From an uncultured virus (IMG/VR IMGVR_UViG_2896054739_000006) (taxonomy: Duplodnaviria; Heunggongvirae; Uroviricota; Caudoviricetes), in IMG/VR virus record IMGVR_UViG_2896054739_000006: a stretch of DNA of 64,000 bases, one strand, 5' to 3'. The notes below the pieces were generated by a model. That model made no database searches. It saw nothing but the letters and a program-made list of their open reading frames with translations, and was not told where the DNA came from. Below are positions 31,033-40,027 of this stretch, one piece after another; position 1 is the first letter of the stretch, and each line of letters starts with the position of its first letter. A program made the translations under genes and the position numbers.

Positions 31033-32173
31033 CCTTTATACGCTCCCTTCTCTTTGCCTCTTCAATATATCTTCCGTATATAGTCTGATATAAAGCTCTA
31101 CAGGAACGCAATTTGGGGTCGCCTGATATAATCCCTTCATAGATTTCTTTGTAGTCTTTATTATCCGCAAAGGAAGATACGCTCATAAAAAAATTCCGAT
31201 ACCTGTCAGCCACATAGCGTTTATGCCGGGTGGGGAAATTGCCTTCCATATCGGAAAATAATTCTAAAAGGGCAGCTTTATAATCTTTTTCATCCATACC
31301 CTGCTCATTTTTCTTCCGGACAGCAGTATTTCTTCCAAACATTTCGCTGTCCCAGTACAGTGCCGCCAGATATGCATTCGGCTCCCTTCTGATAATCCTT
31401 TCCATAAGATCTGGATAATACTCATTCATCTGAACCAGGCTTTTAGCCGTGTCAATAGAAAAAAACTGTGACACCCTGAGCCTTCTGCGGCTGGTTCCTG
31501 ACTGCCATAAAAACAAATATATCTCAGGAATATCTACCTTTTCCTTATACAAATACAGCCACACATCATTGTCTTTCCAGTCGTAAATAGGAAAAATCTG
31601 ATGCCTTCTGGTAATATGCCTGCCCCCCTGCGTAATTGTTGCAATGCTTACAAGTCTCTGCACCGATTCTGCTGTCCGTATACCCGTTATTGTTATCCCA
31701 CCGGAATATGCCCGTGGCAGAAAATCCTGATATGCATCTACACGGGGACGGAGCAATGGATGGCTTTTTATGGCAAATGCGGGCGGCTGTCTTACCCATA
31801 CATCTTTTTTATACCTGTCCCAGCAGATAAAGGTTTCATCATTGGACAATTCATTAAAGCAGTTATAATGCTTCACTTCCAGGCAAAACCACTCAAACTT
31901 CACCCCCATTAACATAAATTTTTTGCGCCACTCCCGAACTTTTTTGTCCATACATGGGAAGATGGCCTCTTCATCAATGAACTGCACCGTCAGCTGTGCG
32001 GGATTGATTTCCCCTGCCTGTATCAGATTCATTACAAGCTGAGCGAGACAAAGACTGTCCTTTCCGCCACTAAAGGACATATACACCGGCAGGCCATTTT
32101 TGAAAACATTTTTTATCCTAATGTTTGCGGCCTCCACTACATCAATGCTTGACTTACATCTTTTTATAGCCAT
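31022..32173 (-). CDS. PAPS-reductase-family PP-loop protein (IbrA/YbdN-like)
   Basis: SFSGGKDS, FIDEE, GIRTAESVQR, PIYDWKDNDVW. Confidence 0.85.
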   Translation of the reverse strand: MAIKRCKSSIDVVEAANIRIKNVFKNGLPVYMSFSGGKDSLCLAQLVMNLIQAGEINPAQLTVQFIDEEAIFPCMDKKVREWRKKFMLMGVKFEWFCLEVKHYNCFNELSNDETFICWDRYKKDVWVRQPPAFAIKSHPLLRPRVDAYQDFLPRAYSGGITITGIRTAESVQRLVSIATITQGGRHITRRHQIFPIYDWKDNDVWLYLYKEKVDIPEIYLFLWQSGTSRRRLRVSQFFSIDTAKSLVQMNEYYPDLMERIIRREPNAYLAALYWDSEMFGRNTAVRKKNEQGMDEKDYKAALLELFSDMEGNFPTRHKRYVADRYRNFFMSVSSFADNKDYKEIYEGIISGDPKLRSCRALYQTIYGRYIEEAKRRERIKDGQ

Positions 32174-32802
32174 ATTTTTTCCCCGCATTTCGGGCAGATA
32201 ACGAATTGACTTTCTTCGGCGGTTTTCTCTTCGCTATCATTTGTAACAGAATCCGGCTGCGTAAGTACTGTTTCTTGTGGCACCGACTCCTGTTCTGATT
32301 CCATTTTTTGTATCTGCTCTTCTTTTCTTTCTGCATTTTCTTTGATGGCCTGGATTTCTTCCTCATCAAGCGTCCCGTATTCGGATAGTTTATCTGTAAT
32401 ATCCTCAGCCTCGGAGACCATCTGCTTTAAGATTTCTTCGTCGAAGCCAGGAATATCCAGATCCCCCTGCAGATCTTCCAGAAAACTGTTTAGTGTATCC
32501 AAGTTATCAATGCCCAAGCTGAAAATCTTATTATCGGCAACCATCAGCTTCTTTTTCTGATTTTCAGTGAGATTATCATACCGATATACCTCTGCTGTTT
32601 CCTTCCCCATAGCAATAAGGGTATCATATAGGCCATTCCCTGCTAAAATAACATTTTTTTCATCAATGACTATAGGACGTATTTGGCCAAACATTTTAAC
32701 ACTGCGTTGGAACTCTGCTAACTGCTGTTCCGTATGAATCCTTACATTCTTCTCTGGTTTCACCAGATCTGTTAATTTCATGGTGGTTATTTCCACGTTC
32801 AT
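32164..32802 (-). CDS. ParB/Srx-like protein with C-terminal Zn ribbon
   Basis: NVRIH...FGQIRPIVID...ILAGNG...ADNK; CPKCG. Confidence 0.8.
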   Translation of the reverse strand: MNVEITTMKLTDLVKPEKNVRIHTEQQLAEFQRSVKMFGQIRPIVIDEKNVILAGNGLYDTLIAMGKETAEVYRYDNLTENQKKKLMVADNKIFSLGIDNLDTLNSFLEDLQGDLDIPGFDEEILKQMVSEAEDITDKLSEYGTLDEEEIQAIKENAERKEEQIQKMESEQESVPQETVLTQPDSVTNDSEEKTAEESQFVICPKCGEKIWL

Positions 32803-32845
32803 ATCCTCCTGCCTGTTATTTGGAGGAGCTTTAGACATATGACAA

Positions 32846-33649
32846 CTATCTGCAAATAGTTAAAGCATCCAGAAATTCTTTTGCGCTCTGGATGCTGTCA
32901 GCGGCTTCAATTACAATGGATTTGTCTATTTCGTAGATTTCTGCCCATGCGGCTTGTGTGTTCCCAGTCCACTGTCTTGCCGGCCACGGATGTGTGCCAC
33001 AAAGATACCCGTTCTTCCAATCGTAAATCGGTGGCAACTCCACTCCGTAGTAGTGGATAAATGCCAATATTTCTTCATGGCTCCAATCAGACAAAGGGCT
33101 ATACCTTGTCATGCCCTGCCCGTTGGTGTATATATTATCACCCTTTCCCACATAGTTTCCATCCGCCCTGCGCCGTCCAAGGAGCATAATATCAAGCTCA
33201 TGCTCTTTGTAATACTTTGCCTGCCCTCTGTGCTGGACAATATGAAACCATCGGGCTGCAGTCTTGCTCTCCTGCGGGAAAAGCATCTGAGGATGGGAAG
33301 CAAGCCATTTCATATCCTGCCCTGTGTTGATAATTTCCAATTCCGGCGGCTTGTGAGCCTTCACCCATTCTATAAATGCTTTGTACTCCAAATTGCAAAT
33401 AACGAGCACACAGGGGGCTATCCCCGCCATACGGCAGATTTCCCCCAGAACCAGGGAATCCTTTCCGCCGCTCCACGCAAATGCGGCTTTCTTCCCTTTG
33501 GTCTTTTTCTTTATCTCTGACACTGTCTTCTTAACCTGCTTATCCAGCTCTGCCTTAGTGACAAGTTCTTCAATCTTTGCGAATGTCTCCATCCAGTCTT
33601 CATTTTTAATCCGCTGCTTTCTCCCAAGTACGTCACCCATGGTTTTCAC
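32846..33649 (-). CDS. Second PAPS-reductase-family PP-loop protein
   Basis: AWSGGKDS, LGRRRADG, SPLSDWS. Confidence 0.8.
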   Translation of the reverse strand: MKTMGDVLGRKQRIKNEDWMETFAKIEELVTKAELDKQVKKTVSEIKKKTKGKKAAFAWSGGKDSLVLGEICRMAGIAPCVLVICNLEYKAFIEWVKAHKPPELEIINTGQDMKWLASHPQMLFPQESKTAARWFHIVQHRGQAKYYKEHELDIMLLGRRRADGNYVGKGDNIYTNGQGMTRYSPLSDWSHEEILAFIHYYGVELPPIYDWKNGYLCGTHPWPARQWTGNTQAAWAEIYEIDKSIVIEAADSIQSAKEFLDALTICR

Positions 33650-34037
33650 CCCGCTTTCTGCTCACTGCCAGAGCCACGGCTCCGGAGAGGATAACGGTCA
33701 GAAGGCTTCCTGCGGTCTTGCAAATGGCAATCCCCTTTATATTTCCATACCCGAACACTGGCAGTCCAATCAGCATGGCTGAGATAATTCCTGCCACTAT
33801 GCCCTGCGACGCAAGCCTTACGCCTTTAAGGGTAAGAACCGTTGGCAACAATGTAGAAGCTCTAAGGGTTCCATATATCAGGAAAAGATGTGTTACTGTC
33901 AGCCCCGGGATATTCGCTACTGTAATGCCGGCGGCCAACAGCAGAATCATGGAAAGTTTTGTTTTCCACATTGTATTTTTCTGAAAAATGTCTGTTGTGA
34001 GGGACGATATCGCACACAAGTTACTATCAATCGTCGA
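33633..34037 (-). pseudogene. Na+/solute symporter, 3' fragment (gene split by integrated element)
   Basis: LSTIDSNLCAISSL...D SSS motif and terminal TM helices; in frame with the 5' fragment after removing the insert. Confidence 0.9.
34027..34037. repeat. att core, integrase-proximal
   Basis: TCAATCGTCGA, identical to 47542..47552. Confidence 0.9.
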
Positions 34038-34109
34038 TAGTTCCCATTTTTTCATAAACCCCTGTAAATCCCTATATTTCTTACTATTCCTATAAAATAA
34101 AATCCTGTT

Positions 34110-34129
34110 TTACACCATCGTTGACACCA
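34110..34129. promoter_or_regulatory. Putative integrase arm-type sites
   Basis: TTACACCA / TTGACACCA; same motif three times at 47409..47436. Confidence 0.65.
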
Positions 34130-34139
34130 TTTATGAATT

Positions 34140-34179
34140 AAGGGCAGCAGTCTCAAATTCTGACACCTGCTGCCCTTTT
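34140..34179. terminator. Hairpin downstream of integrase
   Basis: AGGGCAGCAG...CTGCTGCCCT inverted repeat; T-tract on plus strand. Confidence 0.65.
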
Positions 34180-34198
34180 GCCCACTGCCTTTCCCGGC

Positions 34199-35386
34199 TT
34201 AAAACTGGTTTGCAATTTTTACAATCTCCTCCCTCTCCAATTCAGCTGTCACATGGGTATAAATGTTCAAAGTTATATTTACATCCGAATGGCCAAGATA
34301 ACTTTGTACTACCTTAGGCGGAATCCCCCTTTCCAATGCTCTTGTTGCGAACGTATGACGCATTGCATGTGGGCAGAACAGCTCCATCCGCAATGCCTCC
34401 CTTTCTTCCCGTTCCGCTGCGGCTTCCTCTTCCGTGTTCATTTTATTTATTATCTCCCTGATGAACTTTGAAACAGATACCCTCCAGAGTGGTTTGCCAA
34501 ATGGTGATGTGAACACCAGGTTTTCCAGCCCTTCCGCCGGCTCCCATTTCTCCCCAAGTTTCCAACGCAGCTTTGCCTGTTCAGCTTTATGCCGTTTCAG
34601 CCTTTTGGCAATTTCTGCAAGCATTGGCACCGTCCTTTTGCTGTTGGCCGTCTTTACCGGGCCTTTGTGGAGTTTTTCCCCTGCTATATTTACCATTGTC
34701 CCATTCACATGGATTTCCATATTTTTAAAATCTATATCTCCCCATTCCAGGGCCGTTATTTCCCCAATACGCATCCCGGTGGAAAACCCCAGGTAAAAAA
34801 TATCCGCATAGAACGGTTTTTCCTGTTCTGCATGCACAAGGAATCTTTTCTGTTCCTCTTCTGTCAATGCCCTTTTATGTACATTCTCCTTTTTCTCAGC
34901 TTTGGGGAGTACTGTCCGCTCCACTGGATTTGTCATAATTATGCCATTTAAATATGCCTGGCGGAAAAGAAGGTTGGAAAATGCCTTTATTTTTCCTATA
35001 TACCCCACGGAATAACCTTCTCCCAGCATCTTGTTTATAATCCGCTGGATATGTTCCGGGCGCACGGCCTGCAGCTTCATCTGTCCAATCATGCCTTTCA
35101 CATGCCTGTAATAATGCGTATCACTGGCAAATGTGGATTCCCTGACAATGTTTTTCCGGTACTCTTTTATCCAGGTCTGATACCATTCATCCACCGTTAT
35201 CCTGTCCGGCTTGGCATAAATGCCATGGTCTATTTCATATTTTGCATCCCTGAGCTTCTTTTGGACTTCCTTAAAGTCTTTGCCGTAAATCGTATGTCTC
35301 TGGCCGTTAAAGGTATATCTTGCCTGGTACCTGCCATCCTTACGAATAGAAACCCCGGGCGGTAAAGCTTTCTTACTGTCTGCCAT
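34199..35386 (-). CDS. int: Tyrosine recombinase / integrase
   Basis: RKDGRYQAR arm-binding N-terminus; TGMRIGE, KT, HAMRHTFATR, LGH, YTH catalytic motifs. Confidence 0.95.
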   Translation of the reverse strand: MADSKKALPPGVSIRKDGRYQARYTFNGQRHTIYGKDFKEVQKKLRDAKYEIDHGIYAKPDRITVDEWYQTWIKEYRKNIVRESTFASDTHYYRHVKGMIGQMKLQAVRPEHIQRIINKMLGEGYSVGYIGKIKAFSNLLFRQAYLNGIIMTNPVERTVLPKAEKKENVHKRALTEEEQKRFLVHAEQEKPFYADIFYLGFSTGMRIGEITALEWGDIDFKNMEIHVNGTMVNIAGEKLHKGPVKTANSKRTVPMLAEIAKRLKRHKAEQAKLRWKLGEKWEPAEGLENLVFTSPFGKPLWRVSVSKFIREIINKMNTEEEAAAEREEREALRMELFCPHAMRHTFATRALERGIPPKVVQSYLGHSDVNITLNIYTHVTAELEREEIVKIANQF

Positions 35387-35591
35387 ATATTCCAGCTCCT
35401 TCCTGTTACGCAAAGAGGCAGCAGGACCGCCTCATTCCATATTCAGTTTTTCTTGTGAACAATTATATTTTTGGTTATAATATTAATGCTTCGGCGTGCC
35501 TTATCATGCGCCTTGGCTCCTTTCAGGCTCTCCCATGTTGCAGCATGGCGGGAGCCTTTACTTTTCCACCCCCTTCCTTCCCCTTCGTTTT

Positions 35592-36005
35592 CTACTGCCG
35601 CTCCTGCTGGTTCTGGGCTGTGCACCATTCCTCAAACCGGATGCGGTCCACTAATAACCTGTCCCCAATGTAAACGGACGCCCCAATCTCTTTTACCAGC
35701 TTCCTGGCCCTCCCGTCGCTTATCCCCCCGGCATATTCCTGGAAGTCTTTAATGCTCAAAAGCCTCCTCTCTGTCAGCGGTATGCGTTCCTCCTGCTGCC
35801 CTATATCCATAAAACCTCCTTCCTTTTGTGATTCATACCAGGCAGCAGGTACTTTGCCGGGCATTACCATCGTGCCTGCTGCCTTCAATTTCCTCTGCAT
35901 TGCCTTTACCAGTTTCACAGCCTCTTCCTCTCTGATGGAGAGGTCTGCGGCTATGTCTGCCGCTGTATAAAACACTTTATGTCCTTCCATTGTCTGTTCC
36001 TCCAT
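35592..36005 (-). CDS. Two-domain excisionase-like DNA-binding protein
   Basis: Upstream of int; C-terminal half paralogous to 46959..47171. Confidence 0.65.
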   Translation of the reverse strand: MEEQTMEGHKVFYTAADIAADLSIREEEAVKLVKAMQRKLKAAGTMVMPGKVPAAWYESQKEGGFMDIGQQEERIPLTERRLLSIKDFQEYAGGISDGRARKLVKEIGASVYIGDRLLVDRIRFEEWCTAQNQQERQ

Positions 36006-36008
36006 TCC

Positions 36009-36338
36009 CTATAATATTCCCGGCTTTCCTTTTTTCGGCCGGAATTCCTGCCAGGATTCGTTTATTGCGTCCTCCATCTCCTTAAAAAACTCTGACACTT
36101 CATTTCCGTGTACCGGCTTTCCGGATGCAATCAAATCTTTCGACGCACTCATATACCCAATCATATAACATAATACTTTCCGCTGGCCCGTTTCCCCAAG
36201 TGCGGCAAACTTTTTATCTGCTGACTGGATTTTCTTCTGCTGTACCCTTGCCTTTTCCTCCTTCCTGCCCTTATAATCACTGATATTCACGACTTTTGCA
36301 TAAGCCGTGGCCCCCCTGGCTGTTTCTGTATTCTGCAA
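36009..36338 (-). CDS. Hypothetical protein
   Basis: GAGGTAGG RBS, TTG start. Confidence 0.55.
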   Translation of the reverse strand: MQNTETARGATAYAKVVNISDYKGRKEEKARVQQKKIQSADKKFAALGETGQRKVLCYMIGYMSASKDLIASGKPVHGNEVSEFFKEMEDAINESWQEFRPKKGKPGIL

Positions 36339-36464
36339 TTTTACCTACCTCTTTCCTTTGACAAGAGGCAGCAGGAATGTTATAATCCCTGCATACCCCT
36401 CAAATTTGCTTGTTTGCTGGGTTACCTGCCCCTATCAGAATGGCCGTTCTGGTAAGGGCATTTT

Positions 36465-36572
36465 CTATTCTTTTATAAATCCGGTAACTTCCCCGTCTTC
36501 AATGACGGCGGACATGCCTTCCTGCTCCAGTTTCCTGATACAGTCCTCAATCGTTAAACTGCTGTAATCCAT
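36465..36572 (-). CDS. 35-aa hypothetical protein
   Basis: AAGGAGG RBS; MDYSSLTIEDCIRKLEQEGMSAVIEDGEVTGFIKE. Confidence 0.5.
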   Translation of the reverse strand: MDYSSLTIEDCIRKLEQEGMSAVIEDGEVTGFIKE

Positions 36573-36636
36573 TCCCTGCCTCCTTATATTCCCTTTCTAT
36601 GCTAAAAAACTATGCGCTAGCCCACGGTTTTTTATT

Positions 36637-36801
36637 TTAAATGCTTTCAGCGGTGTTTTCCTCCACCAAAGGCCTGTGGCCGCTTCTATACTCATATAGG
36701 GGGCATTTTTTTACAAGGCACAGTTTTACTTCCTTCACCTGTCCACAACTGCACTCTAAACATTTGGCCCGGATTGCTTTCAGCGGTGTTCTTTTTGCCA
36801 T
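36637..36801 (-). CDS. 54-aa Cys-rich protein
   Basis: MAKRTPLKAIRAKCLECSCGQVKEVKLC...CPLYEYR; GGGGGA RBS. Confidence 0.6.
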   Translation of the reverse strand: MAKRTPLKAIRAKCLECSCGQVKEVKLCLVKKCPLYEYRSGHRPLVEENTAESI

Positions 36802-36813
36802 ATATGAATCCCC

Positions 36814-37248
36814 CTATACTGAAATATTTATCAATGCCCCGAAGGCTTCTTTGTAACCATATCCCCCAGTTATCTGTTTTAAAGTGCTTTTTACCTGTAT
36901 GCCTTTGTCAAGTACCGGCGCCATGCTCTGAGCCAGGCCTTTTGCCAGATAACCAATGTGTGCATATCCTATGCCCTTTATCCCTATCACAACCGCTACA
37001 GCATACCTGTCATAGGTATTAGCCTTGTCACGTCTAAGGTATACGGTCAGGTCATCTTCTTTCCGGCCGGCAATGTATTTTAATAACTGCTGGCGGTTCT
37101 CATACGTTACACCTGATACTCTGCAGGTCATGGATTCCTTAACACGTTTCCATGCAGTTTTAAATGCCTGGGATAAAGAATATCCGAGTTTATGTAACTG
37201 GTTTGCCATGGTTGCTACTGTCTGGCGAATTGTCCTTATGTCCTTCAT
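36814..37248 (-). CDS. HIRAN-domain protein
   Basis: VSGVTYENRQ...LRRDKANTYDRYAVAV...IGYL motif. Confidence 0.8.
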   Translation of the reverse strand: MKDIRTIRQTVATMANQLHKLGYSLSQAFKTAWKRVKESMTCRVSGVTYENRQQLLKYIAGRKEDDLTVYLRRDKANTYDRYAVAVVIGIKGIGYAHIGYLAKGLAQSMAPVLDKGIQVKSTLKQITGGYGYKEAFGALINISV

Positions 37249-37346
37249 GTGATTTCTCCTTTCCAAGTCTAAGCTCTGCCTTTGCTTTCCCTTTCGGTAC
37301 TCCCGTCTGCCGTGGCTGTTCTGTTCTCTTTGATGATATTAGTATA

Positions 37347-37439
37347 GCACATGGGCACATACATTTCCATTGACAGAATACCTAAAATTACATGTTCCCA
37401 TGTGTTTAACATTTGTGCATTATGCACATGGACACATGT
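37347..37439. promoter_or_regulatory. Repeated operator between divergent genes
   Basis: GCACATGGGCACAT, inverted CATGTTCCCATGTG, GCACATGGACACAT. Confidence 0.55.
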
Positions 37440-37533
37440 ATTGACTTATGATATAATATCATTGTACAGTGGAGAAGGTGCATCTATAAATTGCCGCCCC
37501 ACTGGAACGTATAAAAGAAAGAGGGTGCATCTT

Positions 37534-37779
37534 ATGTCAGATGAAAAGAAAAGCACATACACTGGTTACACGGAAGCCCGGAAAAAAGCCAATGAAAAAT
37601 ATCTGAAAGAATCCGTTGAGGATATCCGGATCAGAGTTCCCAAAGGCGATAAAGCAAAGGTGCAAGAACACGCCGCTACTATGGGGGAAAGTACAAATGC
37701 TTTCGTTGTACGTGCAATCACCGAGACAATGAACCGAGATAACCAAACCTCCCCGGCTTCAAAACCTGATAAGGAATAG
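37534..37779 (+). CDS. Ribbon-helix-helix regulator
   Basis: YTEARKKANEKY...IRIRVPKG...GESTNAFVVRAI. Confidence 0.75.
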   Translation: MSDEKKSTYTGYTEARKKANEKYLKESVEDIRIRVPKGDKAKVQEHAATMGESTNAFVVRAITETMNRDNQTSPASKPDKE

Positions 37780-37870
37780 TCGTCACAATTCTGGTATACC
37801 AGGTAACGGAATACGGTATCTTCTGGCAGCAGGTGCGCATACTATCCTCAATATGATTTCCTTATTCACA

Positions 37871-37928
37871 ATTATACGCCTATTTTATGAGTATATCTAT
37901 TGACATGCGCATGAAGCAGGCGTATAAT
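37871..37928 (+). promoter_or_regulatory. Consensus sigma-A promoter of hicAB with inverted-repeat operator
   Basis: TTGACA(37900)-17 bp-TATAAT(37923); ATTATACGCCT / AGGCGTATAAT inverted pair. Confidence 0.85.
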
Positions 37929-37951
37929 ACATAATATAAGGAGGACACAAT

Positions 37952-38134
37952 ATGACAGTTCGGGAAATACTAAAGATGCTTCGCAAAGATGGATGGTACA
38001 CCACCAATCAGGAAGGCTCCCACATAAGCCTAAAGCATCCAACAAAGCCCGGAAAAGTCACAGTACCAAATCACAACGGGGACTTGAAACCGGGAACACT
38101 AAACAGCATTTACAAGCAGGCGGGACTTAAATAG
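37952..38134 (+). CDS. hicA: HicA mRNA interferase toxin
   Basis: DGW....GSH...KHP.KPGKVTVP.H.GDL..GTL.SI.KQAGL. Confidence 0.92.
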   Translation: MTVREILKMLRKDGWYTTNQEGSHISLKHPTKPGKVTVPNHNGDLKPGTLNSIYKQAGLK

Positions 38135-38173
38135 TCCTACTGCCTGCGATTATCATAGAAAGGAGCGTAATTT

Positions 38174-38587
38174 ATGCAAAATTTAACTTATCTTGCAGTT
38201 TTTGAACCATCAACAGACGGCTCATATAGTATCTATTTCCCTGATTTACCCGGATGTATCAGTATTGGGGATAATCTGGAAGAAGCTGCACACATGGCAG
38301 CAGAAGCCGCAAGCCTCCATGTTTACAGTATGGAATGTGACAATGAGGAAATCCCCACTCCATCCGTGAACCTCTCCAAAGAAGATACAGAGGGAAATGT
38401 TGTAATGCCTGTCACAATCCACCCTGATTTATACCGGACAAAGCGTGACAATGAACGCATTAAGACAAACATTACTCTTCCAGCATGGCTCAAACGGATT
38501 GCAGAAGAACAGAAAGTCAATTACTCCCGTCTTTTGGAGACTGCCCTTATTGATTATTTACAGCTCCCAAAACAGGGCGGGAGGTAA
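38174..38587 (+). CDS. hicB: HicB antitoxin
   Basis: FPDLPGCIS.GD.LEEA; C-terminal TNITLPAWL RHH. Confidence 0.92.
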   Translation: MQNLTYLAVFEPSTDGSYSIYFPDLPGCISIGDNLEEAAHMAAEAASLHVYSMECDNEEIPTPSVNLSKEDTEGNVVMPVTIHPDLYRTKRDNERIKTNITLPAWLKRIAEEQKVNYSRLLETALIDYLQLPKQGGR

Positions 38588-38620
38588 ATCCTCCCTGCCG
38601 CCAGCAAAGGAGGCTGAACC

Positions 38621-39028
38621 ATGAAATATATCTATACCGCAACATTCGTGCCTAATGAGGACGAAACCAAATACTACTGCAAAGTGCCTGATCTTCCCGG
38701 ATGCATTACAACCGGCAGCAGTATTGATGATGCCATTGAAATGATTACCGATGCTGCCAGCGGATGGCTCGTTGTGGCCGAGGATGAGGGGAACGAAATC
38801 CCGGCCCCCACTCCCCAGCATAAACTGGATATTCCGGAAAATGCCACCTGCTCCATCATCCGCATTGATACGTTCGCATACCGGGCAGCAACCGACACCA
38901 GGGCAGTCCGTAAAAATGTCTCACTTCCTGCATGGATGGCCACCCTGGCAGAAAAGCGTGGGGTAAACTGCTCCCAGGTTCTCCAGGATGGACTTATGCA
39001 GCTGCTTAATGCCGGCCATGCAAGATAA
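38621..39028 (+). CDS. hicB: Second HicB-family antitoxin
   Basis: VPDLPGCITTG; VRKNVSLPAWM...VNCSQVLQ. Confidence 0.88.
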   Translation: MKYIYTATFVPNEDETKYYCKVPDLPGCITTGSSIDDAIEMITDAASGWLVVAEDEGNEIPAPTPQHKLDIPENATCSIIRIDTFAYRAATDTRAVRKNVSLPAWMATLAEKRGVNCSQVLQDGLMQLLNAGHAR

Positions 39029-39062
39029 GGCTGATTCAGCCAATCCACAGGAGGGCATAACC

Positions 39063-39206
39063 ATGTGGCAGGAATATCCTACAGAAGAAATACCCAATAC
39101 AGAAACTATATCCTCTATGGCGGAACTGGAAAGCGGCGGCGGTACCTTATTCACTGGGAACACAGAGGCTCTATTTGCCGAATTGACGGAGGAATTGCCA
39201 TGCTGA
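39063..39206 (+). pseudogene. C-terminal remnant of RelB/DinJ-like antitoxin
   Basis: IPNTETISSMAELESGGG.LF....EALFAEL resembles DinJ/RelB C-terminus; no toxin ORF follows. Confidence 0.45.
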
Positions 39207-39230
39207 TCTGTTCGGGTTATAGCCAAAAAT

Positions 39231-39262
39231 AAAAGGCATGTGCTCCTCTGCATATGCCTTTT
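39231..39262. terminator. Bidirectional terminator
   Basis: AAAAGGCATGTGC...GCATATGCCTTTT. Confidence 0.7.
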
Positions 39263-39304
39263 GCGTTGCCTATGTAATTTTAATCTCTGCCCTTAATCAC
39301 ACCC

Positions 39305-39928
39305 TTATGCATTATCTTCCAAAAATTCCACTATCCAGTCCCTCATTTCTCCTAATACTGGCTTAATTTTATCACAAGTCCTTTTCAACTGCTCTTCATC
39401 ATTTGCTGTATAAACAAATTTAATATTTATTTCACTTTCTAATTGACCAAGCATTTGAATCCTGTCCATAAGTTTCTCTGCACCTATATATTCCGAATCA
39501 GCAATTTTAGAGATTAATTGCGCTGAACAAATATGTAATAATTCTGATGCCTTATTCTTTGCCAACAAAGCATTAAACAGATCCTCTTTATCATTACCCA
39601 GCTTACTATCTGCATATTTACGAATATAAATACTCTCCCTGTTTATTGCCCCACAAATTTCTCCTGACAGTTTGCATATTTCATTGCAAAAAGCAATCCT
39701 ATGCTCTTTTCTTTGCAGTTCCCTGTTTTCTTTCAATGTTCTAAACATTACATACAAAGTAATCAGGCCTCCAACAATACCTCCTAGATAACTTCCCCAA
39801 AAACCAATCCAACCACTGGATGTATCGGTTATAACAAATTCAAACCTAAGCAAAAATGCAATTCCCAAGGGAATAATAAGCAATACAACAATTAACCCAA
39901 GCAAGATTTCTTTCCAATATTTTTTCAT
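39305..39928 (-). CDS. Hypothetical 2-TM membrane protein (accessory cargo)
   Basis: Two N-terminal TM helices, WIGFWGSYLGGIVGG; AT-rich. Confidence 0.75.
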   Translation of the reverse strand: MKKYWKEILLGLIVVLLIIPLGIAFLLRFEFVITDTSSGWIGFWGSYLGGIVGGLITLYVMFRTLKENRELQRKEHRIAFCNEICKLSGEICGAINRESIYIRKYADSKLGNDKEDLFNALLAKNKASELLHICSAQLISKIADSEYIGAEKLMDRIQMLGQLESEINIKFVYTANDEEQLKRTCDKIKPVLGEMRDWIVEFLEDNA

Positions 39929-40027
39929 TTGCTTGTCCTCTCCTTTAGCTCTTTATGTGCAAAAGTTAACGTGACTATGTTTATACCATCTCACAAAATA
40001 CAATCCTCTTCTCTACTTCCCTTATCT

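Noticed and set aside
31022..33649. Sulfate-assimilation (cysH) auxiliary metabolic genes
   Set aside because: PP-loop is present but no C-terminal ECGLH-type motif or other cys genes; ParB pairing suggests another role.
2119..33782. Many plus-strand ORFs opposite the structural and packaging genes
   Set aside because: Shadow ORFs of real minus-strand genes; only 27767..27952 has its own promoter and RBS.
35410..36376. AAGAGGCAGCAGGA repeated near 35412 and 36363
   Set aside because: Only two short copies upstream of genes; may be regulatory but no support for a specific call.
37351..37533. N-terminal extension of the RHH ORF
   Set aside because: Overlaps operator repeats and promoter; better start at ATG 37534 with GAGGGTG RBS.
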